This document shows, piece after piece, positions 1-13,800 of a stretch of DNA of 64,000 bases. The notes under the pieces were generated by a model. The model searched no databases. It saw only the letters and a program-made list of their open reading frames with translations, and was not told where the DNA came from. A program made the translations under genes and the position numbers. Origin of the DNA: Antedon mediterranea (Eukaryota > Animalia > Echinodermata); the NCBI RefSeq assembly GCF_964355755.1, contig NC_092674.1, positions 24,366,001 through 24,430,000 on the forward strand, written 5' to 3'. How positions within the stretch are numbered: position 1 is the stretch's first letter; every line of letters begins with the position of its first letter.

Positions 1-237
1 CTATAGTTCGTAAATTGTACCCATTAAATACGACGTTTATTGGTGTTTATGGAATGACATTAGGCCTAATGGAAAAATAAACCTGTTTCAGGTCACTACG
101 CCATGAATATTAAGTTCTGATTTTGAAAAGGACACATTATAATTATGTATGATAATTCGAACAGTTTTGGATATAATAGCTTTGTTTCTCGGATTAGTGT
201 ATTCCGTTTTTTTTTAAGTACTGTCTATTATACATAT

Positions 238-1002
238 GAAACGCCATGTGTGCCAAAATATGTATATTTTAAACAATTGTTACGCAATTAGCGTACGTAA
301 AATTACAAACTGTTTAATTAAACATCATTAATTACTGCAGAATTAAGAATTACAGTTTGATCGATTTTTCGTTTCTCGGAACGAAGGACGGCGTCTTTCG
401 TTCAGTGAATTGTGTGAATGCCAACAGGATATTTGACCGATATTTTGGTTTTTAAGCTCTGCACAATCTGATACGTTAAATGTTCGAGTTTTCAAGTGAC
501 AACAGTCGCTTTAAATCCTAGTAGGCAATAAAAAAAACAAGAGAAACAGTTTGAGGATGATATTTGAACTCTGCAAAGATCTCTACTCTTTCAACCCCTA
601 TCATAATATTGTTAGTCGTCGCATGCTAAGCGGTCAACATACAATTGACCTTAGTTAAGTGGAATTATGTACAGATTTAATACTGTACCTGTCTTCAACT
701 GTATGGAGTTACATATTTAGTGTGGACCTTCAGCCTCAATCAAAATGAGCAGTACAACAAAGCTCAGTTCTTTGGATTTTGTCAATAAATGTCTCCTAAA
801 AAAATTGACGAGCTACTGTACCTTGAAAACGATTACTGTGCTGTGCAATTGACTTTACGATTACACAGTGAAATGCGACAGTAATTTTTTGTATCAAGAA
901 TCAAAACGTGTTTTTACTGTGCAAGACCTAGTGTAGGTTCTAGGCTGTATTTCAACTTGATAATTGGTAGAAAGGTAAACATTTTGGCACACATGGCGTT
1001 TC
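238..1002. mobile_element. Non-autonomous TIR DNA transposon (Sola-like, tentative)
   Basis: Perfect 22-bp TIR GAAACGCCATGTGTGCCAAAAT (238-259) / ATTTTGGCACACATGGCGTTTC (981-1002), flanked by ATAT on both sides (234-237, 1003-1006). A 4-bp AWWT TSD is characteristic of Sola1. Related TIR fragments near 5267 and 39443. Confidence 0.65.
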
Positions 1003-1069
1003 ATATGCATATGCAAAAATTAAAAAAAACTGAATGATGGGTTCAGTTTTGGGAATATTCAGCATCTAA

Positions 1070-1222
1070 AGCTTGGTTCACACTAAGACGCAACGCAAGG
1101 ACGTAAACGCAACGCAAGCGTTTTGACCAATGACAATCGATAGTAGTTCGAATAATCCATCGCTTGTGATTGGTCAACTCACTTACGTTGCGCATACGTT
1201 GCGTCCTAGTGGGAAACAAGCT
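1070..1222. mobile_element. PIF/Harbinger-like MITE family A (AGCTTGGTTCCCACTAG TIR)
   Basis: TIRs AGCTTGGTTCACACTA...TAGTGGGAAACAAGCT, TAA/TTA flanks, internal GCAACGCAA repeats. Further copies at about 6368-6545, 6549-6793, 10241-10419, 16470-16605, 17407-17570 and 62485-62636. Confidence 0.8.
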
Positions 1223-2045
1223 TTACAGATCATATTTAAAAAAAAAAAACAATATATATTAACAAGGCACATTGAACTAATATTAGTCGTGGCGGCTTAG
1301 CATTTATTTATATTTAAGAAGTGCACACTTTTGATGCACTTTAGCTGTTAACTTTTCATAACAAACTTAAAGTTCACAGTGGTGGAAGTCGGTTAAATTT
1401 GTAAACTCTCCCGCAAAACACACTTTTGAGATATCAAATGCAATGATGAGAAACAAATGTTATTATTGTTTATGTTAAACATTGTGGAAAGAACATTTAT
1501 TTTGGGTCAATAGGTAATAATTTGTCATAATAATCGTATGTATCAGTAAAATAGCATGTTTTGCTATCTGCTAGTAATTCGAATTACCTACATTTCTGAC
1601 ACATAAAATGTATTGTTTTACACAAGCCACATCCAAGATCTGTATCATTGTCTCAGGAAATTCATTTCCAGACAACAATCTTCCACAAATTGGTGGTCAG
1701 ACGATAAAATCACAAAAAGATCTAAATATTTGGGTGATTTTTAACCACAGAAGCATATTGCACTAGCTGATAAACTCGACGTATATATAATTAAATGAAT
1801 GCGGTTGATCCATAACTACAATTGTTTACAATGATTTTAGTAGATTCGATCAGCAAGATCCGATATTTTCTTTATGATCGAATGATGTTACTCCTCACGG
1901 CGATTCGAGGGAAGTTTCTAGCGCGCGCTTCATAAGTTGGTGTCGATACCCTACTGTGAATGAGCAAATTTAGGTCATGGGCTATAGCATGCAGTACTAG
2001 TAGGGATATGGCAAAATAAGTACAGTATGTTTAAAGGGCATGAAT

Positions 2046-3878
2046 CAGTGGTGGCGCTAGCGGGGGGGGGGAGGGGCTAGGGAGCTTAGCCCCCCCCCCC
2101 CCCGTCCTCCCCCGTCGGGGAATGCGAGTACTTTTCGTCGGGGAATATAATATACAGTAAAAATCATTCGCGTTCACTTCGTAGCTTCAGCGCCTAGAAA
2201 ACCGCGACGTTCCATTTTTTTAGTACGTCGGGCGGAGAGCTATTACACTTTTCTTGCATGCATTATTGCCGGCGATCTAATAAACAATAGGTACGCACTT
2301 GTCTAGCGGTGTCCCTTTGTACGAATCGTTTAACATTGGGCCCGGACCATTGCGGTTTACGCGTGATATCATGTTCCATCCAGGGACCAGAATGTGTACT
2401 GTTAGTTTTTTTTATTTACGATTAACCCTGTACCGTGGGGTACCTAAAATAGACGTTTCACTGTAGGCTCGCCTACATCACTAAACAAACATTTTTCCAC
2501 ATCTTATTATAGCTAAGTTATTACATTTCCAATGTCCTGTATGTCATGAACTACTCATCATACATCGAAATTTCAGATTCACATCTGGGAAATAAACTGA
2601 TTTTCCCCGAAGGAAAATGGTCTACGCTTGCGGACGCATTCCCCTCCAAATAAAAGGTAAAAAGGGTCACTTTTTTAGGCCTGTAGGCCTGAATTTTGTT
2701 AAGTTATAAGTGTAGTTTATGAAGACCTGCAGCTCTAGTTTTCAAAATTTGTCTTAGCTCAATCGTCCCCAATTATAGAGCTGGTCATGGATACTTATAC
2801 ATTTCGTTTCATATTTCGATGTACAATACAGTTAGTGCATTGTCCGGGAACATAGAGCTCTCTTTTTTTTCATTTTTTTCTCCATATCCATGGTAGGGCT
2901 GGTTCTGGAGACGTACCGGTATATATTTTGTTTTATGCTTCGAAGTATAATATGTTAAATTTCCGGGACTTAGCAACTCTATTTTTCAAAATGTTCTAAG
3001 CTCCAACCCAAAACCATGGTGGGCTGGTCCTGTAGACCTATAATTTCGTTTCATAATTCAATGTTTTGCAGGGACCTAGCAGCTCTATTTTTCAAAACTT
3101 TCTTAGCTCCACCCAACCATCCATGGCGGGCTGGTCCTGTGGACTTATAATATTGTTTCATTTATCAATATGGGCAATTTCAAGTGCAATTTCCAGGTAC
3201 CTAGCAGTTCTATTTTTCACAATTTTCTTAGCAGCTCAACCTCCTGGTCCTGGAGATGTATATATTTTGTTTCTTTTTTTTTCAAAATACTATAATCCAA
3301 TTTCCAGGGGACCTAACAACTCTACTTGTTTAAAATGTTCTTAGCTCTATCTCAACCTCGGTGGGCTGGGTCTCTGGTAGACTTGTAATTTCTTTTCATA
3401 TATATCAATGTATAATTGCAATTTCCGGGGACCTAGCAGCTCTATTTTTCAAAATGTTCTTACAGATCAGCCCATGGGTGTTAGTCTCGTGCACTTACAA
3501 TTTTCGCACCCCACCAGACAGCAACCTGCCTACGCCTCTGCGAATATAACGATGTACATCTTGGCCCGTGGGAAGTTTTACGTTCGCAGGCATATTGAAC
3601 TTCATTTTTAAAATTGAAAGAATGGATTTACACAGTCATCGCATCGGATATCGTGCTATGTGTTTTATCGCACAGTATTTTATCTGTATACCATACAGAA
3701 TGGAAAAAGTTGGCTACCCTAAATCTGATTAAAACAGCCTCAAATTACGCTATAACGCGTTGCCACCGGGGGCCCTTGGCGGCCCCCCTGGCCCCCAGCC
3801 TAGCGATGCTCGCTTCGCTCGTATAGCCCCGTCGGGGAATTTAGCCCCCGCGTCGGAAAGATCCTGGCGCCACCGCTG
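2046..3878. mobile_element. Non-autonomous hAT-like DNA transposon with internal ~115-bp tandem repeats
   Basis: Termini CAGTGGTGGCGC...GCGCCACCGCTG. Exact 8-bp TSD GCATGAAT at 2038-2045 and 3879-3886. Degenerate tandem units (GGACCTAGCAGCTCTATTTTTCAAAA...) at about 2720-3500. Confidence 0.85.
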
Positions 3879-5169
3879 GCATGAATGTCAAAAAAATAAG
3901 ATAATTCCAGGTATAGGCCTACCTAAATATTTCTTTGAGTACTATGAAATTGGGTTGGTTGGTGGCTTTCAGAATAAGTTTTACGTCCATGCTATGGACA
4001 GTATCGCGGCTCTCATTCTCTGTGTCTGACAGTGTTTGCAAACCAAACTGTCTGTGGTTACGAAAGAATTAAACGATATCTCTTACTATCTACTTCTATT
4101 CAGGCCTACTATCACAGCGGACTCGTTTGTTGGCCGGGTCGAGGCTAGAAGGAGAGACAGGCAGGAAGTGTAAGTGACCGGCGGCGAAAACATTTTGAAC
4201 TTAGGAGTGCCCTAGCGCGAAAACCGCCTACTACTACCCATATTACAATTATTTCATTGGCATGTCACAATCAACAAAACACAGCTATGGAACCCTTCCG
4301 TTTCTCATCCTGGTATCTCTTTGGATGGACGATCAGTTGATGGGCTGACTAATGACGTCACTGCTTACACTTGATTTGACTCGTGCCCCCGGCTGTACGG
4401 GTCCGATGGAACTGTTGGAATTTTACTACAAATTCCATTCCTAACAGCTGCTGTTACTTGTTTGTCGTCATAGCATCAGTTTATTCCGATTCGAGACTTG
4501 AGCGACTGAAGAAAACCCCATACACCCAATTAAATTAGTTGTAAAAGCCAATATAGAAAAGAAAAACAAGATTCTTATTCGGACTGGGGAATATGTTTAT
4601 TCCAGTGCGTAATTGAATTTACACTGCAGTATAAAGGTCAGACAATTATTGACCGTTGTTTGACCAGTCCCACTTAATATACTGTAGATTGAAAAGGTCA
4701 GTCCTAACCAATGACATTCCTAATAATTATATAATTTAAACAAAATTAATTTAATATATTAACTATTGTTTTAAAGTATGTTTTTTGACGATTAATTTCA
4801 GTCGATGTTATTTTGAGAGAATGTTCCAATCTGAAAACAGAAGGGTTTACCGTGGATCTACAAGTAGATCGTTTGTAAAATTGTCTATAGAGCCGATTGA
4901 CTTATCTCATTGAATTATAGAATCGACCTGTTAAGCCTTAATGTATTATACCATAATCATCACGATGTAGTCTGAAAATATCATTGTGCTTTGTAGCTGA
5001 TGACTTACACACGTCAATTAATCTATTCTATATTTGGTCCATGACCTGGTAGTCCGATTTTTACCGTTGCGTATCAACTTCAAATCAAACAATAATCGGT
5101 TTTAACCGTTCATCAGTTGACGGTAATATCAGACAAGAAAAATTAAAGGACGGTATGTATGCTACGAAC

Positions 5170-5830
5170 GGAGTAGACTTGCCCCAAGTATTTGTCTTTT
5201 ATATGTTATGTTAGTCCACAAGTCGAAGTTTCGATTTTTGTCTGAAAGCTCAAGTAGTATACGCATGAAACGCCACATGTGCAAAAATATTATATTTTTA
5301 CTAATATTAAGTCAAAACTCCGTCTAGAACACATACTACGTACGGACGTGTGTGGGGAGATATGACCCCGAATATATCGCGTTTCCGCGAGAAGGAATAA
5401 CCATACCAATCACAATAGTGATGTGCAAAAGTACGGACCTTAAATTCCTTGGATGTGGCTGTACGCACGAATGTGTAGGGAGAATGTAACTACGAAGAAT
5501 ACCATACACTACAATATTCATTTACCTTCGTTTGTGTATTTACTTTTTTTTAATAACTGGATTCTACTTCTGTGGCGTATACAGTATAAAGTGATTTTAT
5601 AGCAATACTTTTCTGGTATAAGAAATATAGACAGTTCGGTGTGTTAGCAGCTAATAATATAAACTTGCCCAAAGTTTGTATTTATTGTCTTTTTTATGTT
5701 AGTCCACCAGTCGACGTTTCGAATTTTGTCTGAAAATACAGTTTACAAGCTCAAGTAATGTACGTATGTGCCAAAATATTTATATTTTTACTATATTAAG
5801 TTAAAACTCCGTTTGAACCCAGACTACTAA
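5170..5830. repeat. Dispersed direct repeat pair (~165 bp)
   Basis: About 5177-5338 and 5662-5828 share ACTTGCCC...GTTAGTCCAC...GCTCAAGTA...AAAACTCCGT. Confidence 0.6.
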
Positions 5831-6367
5831 TAATAATATAGGCTCTATATGATATGATATCAACTACCGTACTGCAGGTCGAGAATAGTGTAACAAAATG
5901 CCCCATATTTAGCTTGATTTGAAAAGTTTATTTTGGTTTGTATCCCGGTGTTCTATGTATAAAGTTATGTTAACCTACCGCAGACGATATTATCTTTCGT
6001 AGCTGAGGGTGTGAAAACATCATTTATTGTGTATTCTATGCCTATTAAAACCGTATTGTCTGTAGATATAAGTTAACTTGATAAGCAATGTGGCCTACAT
6101 GAATTACGAATCATAAACAAAAAGTTCTAGGTGGGAGTTTTAAACGCCCATGCATGATATCAACCTACGAACCCAGTTTATCTTTATCACTGATTTGATT
6201 TTCAATTGTATACGTACGATCTATACGTTTCTTGAATTCACACGAAATACGTTGATTTATGACAACACCCGATTCTCAGTATTGTATCTAGATACTGATG
6301 AGATACTTTATTACCAAAATTACTATACTAGACAAATACTGTAGTGTACCGTAGTATGTGGAGATAA

Positions 6368-6793
6368 AGCGTGGTTCCCACTGGAACGCAACGCAGCGAC
6401 GTATCGACGCAAAGTGATGCATTGCGTAACGCAATAGTGCTGTAAAAATCGCAGGTTTGATTTCACGCAGGTGAGGGCAAACACAATGAATGGATAGGCA
6501 TTTTCTTAGATTGCGTTACGTTGGGTCGCAAGTGAGAACCAAGCTTAAAGCTTGGTACTTTATATTCATTCACACAACACGGCGTCATTGATTCAAACGA
6601 CGGAACGTAACGCAACCTACGCAACGTAAGAAAATGCCCTTCCGGTAAATTGTGTTTTCCCCCGCTTGCATGAAATCAAATCTGCGATATTTGCAGCATT
6701 GTTGCGTCGTCGGTTCCCACTTATGATTACGCAATACAGCACTTTGTGTCAAACGTCGCTGCGTTGCGTTACGTTGCATCGCTAGTGGGAACG
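6368..6793. mobile_element. Two adjacent family-A MITEs sharing a TAA site
   Basis: AGCGTGGTTCCCACTG...AGTGAGAACCAAGCT, then TAA (6546-6548), then AGCTTGGT...CTAGTGGGAAC. Confidence 0.7.
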
Positions 6794-8799
6794 CTGATTT
6801 ATACGTTGCGTTAAATCATAACGTAATGGCTTTGATTAATATGTTTAATTATTCATACGTTAAATTAAGTTGACTGATGCGTGACGTTGTATTACACTCG
6901 GTTAACATTCGTTGATTAAAGGGGTGGTGGTTACGTCATGTATGTTACGTTTATTAATACGTTAGGCTTACGTTTTAAAATTTATTTCTAAACTTAAAAT
7001 TAACAGACAGTAGTAGTCCAGTGCTTTTCAATTAAATTCAATGTCATTTATTTCCACAATACACAATAACATACACGATAATAAATACAATGAAGTAATG
7101 ATGTGGGGTAGGGTCATATAAAATCCGTTTGCACATTATAGTAGGCCTATTACTGGCAGAAAATGTATGGCTGTATACCCTTCTTACTTTACACGCCTGT
7201 ATGTATATGTCCACGTCGACACTTTCGAAAAAATTTACCCAAGTTTGACCATGAACGTAATAGGCCTGTAGTAGGAGTGAGATTATTGTGCAAAAAGTAC
7301 AGACCTAAACATTTAATGCAGTCCTTGGATATTCACTTGATTGTATGTCAATGTAAACATAAGCTTGTTAACCGTCAAAACTTTACTTAACGAATGATTT
7401 ATGCCAGTGATATTTTCATGGCTACAGACTTCTACCACCAAACGAGATGCTTCCTTTCCGCCACAAACTCCAGCTGCCAAAATAGCTCGAAACTAAATTT
7501 ATTATTCGTCTGCAAAGAGCATCTTGGGAAATAAATTGTCTGGGATTGTTTTTCCATATTGTTTGATTCAATTGGATGTTTGCTCTTAAAACAACAAAAT
7601 TTTGTTACAATAAATCTATCCAGTGGAAATTACTCTTTAACTGTGGCTTTCCAACAGCCTCCAGCCCGGGGCAACGAAATCTGGCACCTCTTTCCTGCAA
7701 TGCTCGGGTCGTATTGGTTGAAAAGGGCATGGCCTTACTAGATTTACAAACACTTATCATGACTTGATCCTCTCAAAAGGGTGGGTGCTAGCATATCTGA
7801 TTAAGATCTCTCAGATCTCACCATATCTCACGAACGAAACGTTGTAGAATACATCGGTATAGAAACAGATGTGTCGCTTGCTGATGGAATATGCTGTAAT
7901 TTGACGTGTTCCCACAAAAGCTGAGACAATTCTGACAATTTAAATGTTGATTAAAATCAGTGTGCCTCGGGTTATGTCTAAAACCAAGTACTGAAGTGTA
8001 AGCATTTTGTTTAAACAAGACTGTATTGACATAGGCCTACACAGTTTTGTAATGTTAAACTTATCCTACTTCATACTAATGTTAGGCCGAATGTCATACG
8101 GTGTTGAAAACGCACATTTCTCACGCCACCATGGATGATGCCCGTTAGTTAGGCTTGGGTTTTTAGATGAATAGAGGGATAAAAGTACATAGGCCTAGCT
8201 GACTAGACTATATTTTACCATATTTTATACAGTTTTTAAATAACGTACATTTATTAACGTTAGGGTTTTTAGACTACACAGGCTATACGCGCTATATAAA
8301 AATAAACTATTATTGATGACATTTTACATTCATCAGTTAATCTTAAATATACTCTGAATGAACGTACATTTATTAAAGTTAGGGTTTTTTAGACAAATAT
8401 TACAGATATACGCAGATATACAGATATCACCCAAAATAATAATTGTTATCAGATAATAAGCTCATTGAGTGCTTGGTTATACGTGCCATATAAAACTATT
8501 ATTAATAATATTTGTTTACATTCATCAGTTAGGCCATAGTTAGGCCTATGGCCTTTCATCACTTTTAGTTAAAACAATTTCCTTAAAAAACCTTCCCGTT
8601 TCTGGTAGAACAATTTCGTTAGTTTATGTGGCGTAAAGAAGTTATCTGGCAATCCTTGGCTTATGACATTCTGTTCGTTCGTCGACATGATCAGGCCATA
8701 CTAGCTCGATTGACAAATTGCAAATAAATTAGCTGTCTTTGGATGATGATATTTTAATAGATTTGATGGAACCAGACAAGAATTCTATCTTTTTCCTGT

Positions 8800-9620
8800 T
8801 CCATACACAACACAACTTTACACAACTATAGATTTACGACAGTGCTCCTTATTTTTATTCGGTTGTGTATACAGAAACTCATTGGTTTATTAGTTGTGAC
8901 AGATATTACCGTAACAAAACTTTCCTAGGTCTACGGTAGCTCCTTGTTCCTTTTTGATCTTTATTCCCTCCTCAATTCGTCTCTTTAACAAACAATTTGT
9001 AAGATAATTACTGTAATAACTTTTAATGAACTGTACATAGGCCTACAATGTATTTGACTTGTATCTAATTGTATTGATGTTTTTACATGGTGTTTTTATT
9101 ACGAATGTAACGGGGAGCTGAGTCTCACATTTTATAATTATTATGTGACAATAAAGTACAGTATATCTATGTCTATGTCTATGTACAGGTACCGTAATAA
9201 AAAACTTTCCTAGATCGACGGTAGATCGTTGTTTCTATTAGATTTTTGTACAGCTACCGTAATAAAATTTTCCTAAATATACGTACATCCTTGTTTTTAC
9301 TCGATTTTGTACAGCTACCGTATTAAAACTTCCTAGAATTACGGTAGCTCATATAGTTTTCATTCGGTATTGTTCAGCTACAGTAATAAAACTGTCTAGA
9401 TTCACGGTAGCTTCTTGTTTTTTCTCGGTTTTGTTGTACAGCTACCGTAATAAAAGTTCCTAGATTTACGGTACACCTCATATGGTTTTTATTCGGTATT
9501 GTAAAGTTGTACCGTAATTAAACTTTCCTAGATCTATGGCTGTGTTTTATACAGGGCATAATTCATCTTTCCTAAATTTACTGTAGCTTACGGCTATTTC
9601 AATGTCGTAATAAACGTTCC
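8800..9620. repeat. Degenerate ~60-bp tandem repeat
   Basis: Recurrent unit GTACAGCTACCGTAATAAAACTTTCCTAGATTTACGGTAGCT..., with an internal inverted pair CTACCGTA/TACGGTAG. Confidence 0.75.
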
Positions 9621-10240
9621 CAGTTTTCAGTGCGGTAGAGGCAATTTATTATTTTTCCTTTCCTATTTATTAACCTGAACATTCTATATTTAAAGATCTG
9701 TTTTTTTGCACAACAATTTCCGAAAGTTTAAATGTTGTTGAATTCCCAAAGCATATTAAAACCCACAATCAAGGAAGGAAGGAGGTGGGGGAAATATCAT
9801 AGATTATTTTTTAGCTCTACATATGTTAATATACGTGGCCTACTCTACCGACAGATCAAATATATCTATTATTTATTGTCAAATGTTATTTTACGTAGAT
9901 TGCCTGTTGAAAAGGGAAAGATTTATTACAGATCATATCGGACTAAAGGTTAGATCAACTACCAACGAAGATAGATTTATTACTAGATCAGTCATGTCTT
10001 TTCCAATGCTCGCTTTCATAAGTGAAACCTATACTGTAATCATGGAGTACTCGTGCTGTAAATGTAGGCCCAGCCCATATAGTACACATAAATAGGAGGG
10101 CCTATTAAGGGGCAAGTATGCGGCGAAGATCTTCCATATATGATTCATTTATTTACGTTTTCGTCTGAGTATATTTCTACTTCCGAAGCATGGTGGTGGT
10201 GGAGACACCAAGCTTCTGTTTAACGTTGATGTATTGTAAA

Positions 10241-10419
10241 AGCGTGGTTCCCACTAGCGACGCAACACAAGGACGTAAAGCAACGCAAGTGAATTGACCA
10301 ATCACAAGCGATGGCTTATTCGCTTGTGATTGCTAACTGTCTATAACTTCGCTTGTCATTGGTTAAAACGCTTGCGTTGCGTTTACGTCCTTGCGTTACG
10401 TTCTAGTGGGAACCAAGCT
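10241..10419. mobile_element. Family-A PIF/Harbinger-like MITE
   Basis: AGCGTGGTTCCCACTAG...CTAGTGGGAACCAAGCT followed by TAA. Confidence 0.8.
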
Positions 10420-11088
10420 TAAAGAGGTGTTTATGGTTATTTTTGTTATAATGTATACAAAGCCCGTATTTTATTCTAGTTTATGGGTTATGTTTGGGCC
10501 TATGGGATCAGGATCAGTTTGTTTACTTTGGCTGACTAAGATGTTTGTATTTTCACACTGTTTTATCGCCCCTCTTACAAAAAAAAATGGTTTTACATGG
10601 AAACATAGCTTTAAAAAAATATACTGTTCTTCGGGTGACCTGTGATTTTGCGAAGCTAAAATTAATAAAGTCGTTGTCAATCCAAAATCGTAATTAAGTA
10701 AAAAGGTGATTCTAGCTTCAGTGTGTTATTATTTTAAAATTCAGCTTTTTTTAAAGTCTTATAAAATGTACCGGTATTTTAACAGCTCGAATTGTTAATA
10801 GTAAAAGTACTTATCGTTGTATCTGCCCTTTTCACGTTTAGGCTACAACGAATTATTACTGGTATTACAGTAGAAGCGTTGTTTAAATTCACCCCATGCG
10901 AAACAGTACAAAATTCATTCAATTAAAATTAGGCAAAGGTGATGCATGCTACAACTAGCTTGGTATCAGCGTGATACTTGAACTAAGGAATTGTTTTACT
11001 CCCGAATACATTATATGCAATCCAGGATATAACGGATGAGATAAACATGTTTACTTTTATAGTATAATGATTTTTTATCAATACTTAA

Positions 11089-11422
11089 AGATGTATTGTC
11101 CCCCAAAACATGAAAAATGAAGATTAATTAAGTCATACTTTAAATAGGTTATTTTGTAGTTTTAATAATGTTGATCACTTCCGTAGAAAAAAACGGGGAA
11201 AAAGTAATGTTTTCACTTATAAAATAACATAATACAGGGTTAAATTCATCCAAAAATCCAGCCAAACTGACCATTTTTTTGCTTAAAATTACAGTTTTCA
11301 GGTAAATACATTATTTTAGATCCAATTTTTGGTCAAAGTGGATATCTATTATGTGTCATTAAAATGGCATATTCAACAACAAAAAAGGAAAAAAATTATT
11401 TTTCAAGAGGGAAAATACATCT
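11089..11422. mobile_element. Kolobok-like TTAA-flanked MITE
   Basis: TTAA|AGATGTATTGTCCCC...GGGAAAATACATCT|TTAA. The same left end recurs at about 35840. Confidence 0.75.
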
Positions 11423-11898
11423 TTAAATACACTAAAAGTCAATTTCTCTTCACTTGAATGTCACATGCAGGATTGAAATTAAAGTAATCATAATAATTAA
11501 TAGTACCGGTATATATTTAATTGTGTAATTTCATGTAAAACAACAAAAACCGTATAAGTAATAGCCTATTATTTCATCATGTTGTAATACGTGGTTACGA
11601 AATTTTTGCTATTATACGTGACAAATATTATTTTATTGTCCCTTTTTATCGACTGCATTTTTATAGTTATTCCTAATACTGTACTTCAATTAAATTGCCT
11701 TGCTTTAATTCAGTCGACTTTCTTTCGGCATTTTCTAAGGGCCTATAATCGATAGGCCTAACCTATACTTAGATATAACTTAGTTAGTAATACACACCTA
11801 GCTAGTTATATTAACTTGATGAATATGCTTCAATAAATAAATGTTATAGTATAGGAATATTATATAGGAATATTGAATATAAAAAAAATAAAGCTTAC

Positions 11899-12046
11899 CT
11901 CTACCAACACAAGACACAGTGGTTGCCTGTTCCGATTCATCATAAGCGATTCTGCTGTTATCAATTCCAATGTCTGCGCAGATCCGGGTAAAGCACCAAA
12001 ACAAAAAAACGATAGGACCCGCAAGCAGAACAGATGGGGTGCGCAT
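11899..12046 (-). CDS. Probable first coding exon of a secreted or membrane protein gene extending leftwards; identity unknown
   Basis: MRTPSVLLAGPIVFLFWCFTRICADIGIDNSRIAYDESEQATTVSCVGR has signal-peptide-like n/h/c regions and ends at a strong phase-1 donor G|GTAAGC (11898). I could not identify downstream exons in the window. Confidence 0.5.
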
Positions 12047-12619
12047 TGTGAATATTTGGCACTGTGCCGCACTCGAGAACCTAATGATGAATGGTTTGAT
12101 GTTGGGCTTTTCCTTGAGACCGTGCCAGGTTTACAGCCACTGCGCAGTATATAGGCCGCTTCACTGCATGCTGAACAGTAACGCAACACAATGCGGTTCG
12201 TTCGCTGGAAGTATGCAAATACTCAGGCCCCTGGGTGGAGCTATACACAATCTAGCCGACCTAATTGGCGGTGTGCTACCGTCGAGAACAAGATATGTCG
12301 GAATGGGTGTTGCGCAGGAAACGCAATTAATACATCTTTCGTATTCTGGCTGGAGGAATGAACTTTGTCAACCCAGCAAATGTCATATTTAATAATACTG
12401 TGACAGAAAATTAATTTAGGTATATTAAAACTAGTATGTTAACCAGTTAATAAATAAAATAACACATCTAATCAATAAAACAAAGACCCTGAGGCTAAGA
12501 ATTAACTTTTATTGGTTAATTTAAAACAGGTAAATTTTCCACGCACTGATTTTGTTCTCAATAGGGCACCGCCTTTCGTTAAATTAATATTTGATCTAGA
12601 CTTAGGCTAACCAAGCATA

Positions 12620-12835
12620 AATAGAACGTTATCCCCGGCTTAAACACACAGGGAAATGTAATGCAATAGTTTAAGCTTTATTATTTGTTTCCTTGAATTA
12701 AATTTAGGCCTACATTTAAAACCTGTTTAAACAGACAGGCCTAACTTATTAATATAAGGAAACAAATAATAAGCTAAAACTATTACATTACCATCCCCGG
12801 TATGTGTTTCTTCAGCGCCGGAGGATAAAATTCCA
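12620..12835. repeat. Imperfect ~200-bp palindrome (decayed MITE-like hairpin)
   Basis: GTAATGCAATAGTTTAAGCTTTATTATTTGTTTCCTT...AGGCC is mirrored by GGCCT...AAGGAAACAAATAATAAGCTAAAACTATTACATTAC. Confidence 0.6.
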
Positions 12836-13212
12836 GTTTGGCGTTACGAACTGTGCCTTACGATCATCACGTATACATAATAATTTACCTTTCACGTTCG
12901 ATGTTCGCACTCATTAAAATAAATTGCCAAACCTAATAGGCTTATTTAAAAAAAATTTCAATTATCAAAACAAACTACACAGGTTCGCCTACAGTGAAAT
13001 GTATGGCAGCCTGATGAATAGAGGTTCCAGGGTCCTTACCACGCCCTTGGAGTAAACAAACAATAATGTTTATTTGTTTTGTCAAGGTCCACCACTGTTT
13101 CCACATTAATTTGTGTCATCATTACCCGGAACTTCAGGTCCACTGTATTTGGACACATTGTTAACCCATCTCTCTAGAAAATTCATAATTTGTCACCATT
13201 TATAGATAAACT

Positions 13213-13800
13213 TTGGTTTACACCATGGTCCCTGGTCTACACCATGGTCCCTGGTGTAGACCAGGTACCCTGGTGTACACCATCAGGAACCCTGGTGTAG
13301 ACCAGGAACCCTGGTGTAGACCATCAGGGTCCCTGGTCTACACCAGGGTAGCTGGTCTATACCATGGTCCCTGGTCTACACCAGGGTACCTGGTCTATAC
13401 CATGGTCCCTGGTCTACACCAGGGTCCCTGGTCTACACCAGGGTAGCTGGTCTATACCATGGTCCCTGGTCTACACCAGGGTACCTGGTCTACACCGGTT
13501 CCCTGGTCTACACCAGGGTACCTGGTCTACACCATGGTCCCTGGTCTACACCAGGGTACCTGGTCTACACCAGGGTTCCTGATGGTGTACACCAGGGTAC
13601 CTGGTCTACACCATGGTCCCTGGTCTACACCAGGGTACCTGGTCTACACCAGGGTACCTGGTCTACACCAGGGTACCTGGTCTACACCGGTTCCCTGGTC
13701 TACACCAGGGTACCTGGTCTACACCAGGGTACCTGGTCTACACCAGGGTACCTGGTCTACACCAGGGTACCTGGTCTACACCGGTTCCCTGGTCTACACA
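13213..13800. repeat. ~19-bp near-palindromic minisatellite (CCTGGTCTACACCAGGGTA)n with an internal inverted block
   Basis: About 30 units visible directly. Units at about 13250-13325 are in the opposite orientation (CCTGGTGTAGACC). Confidence 0.95.

Noticed and set aside
689-795. Exon-like segment on the minus strand (AG...GT borders)
   Set aside because: All three frames contain stops and it lies within the 238-1002 TIR element.
3066-4029. Cluster of short ORFs
   Set aside because: They lie in the tandem-repeat interior and GC-rich end of a non-autonomous hAT-like element, with no recognisable domains.
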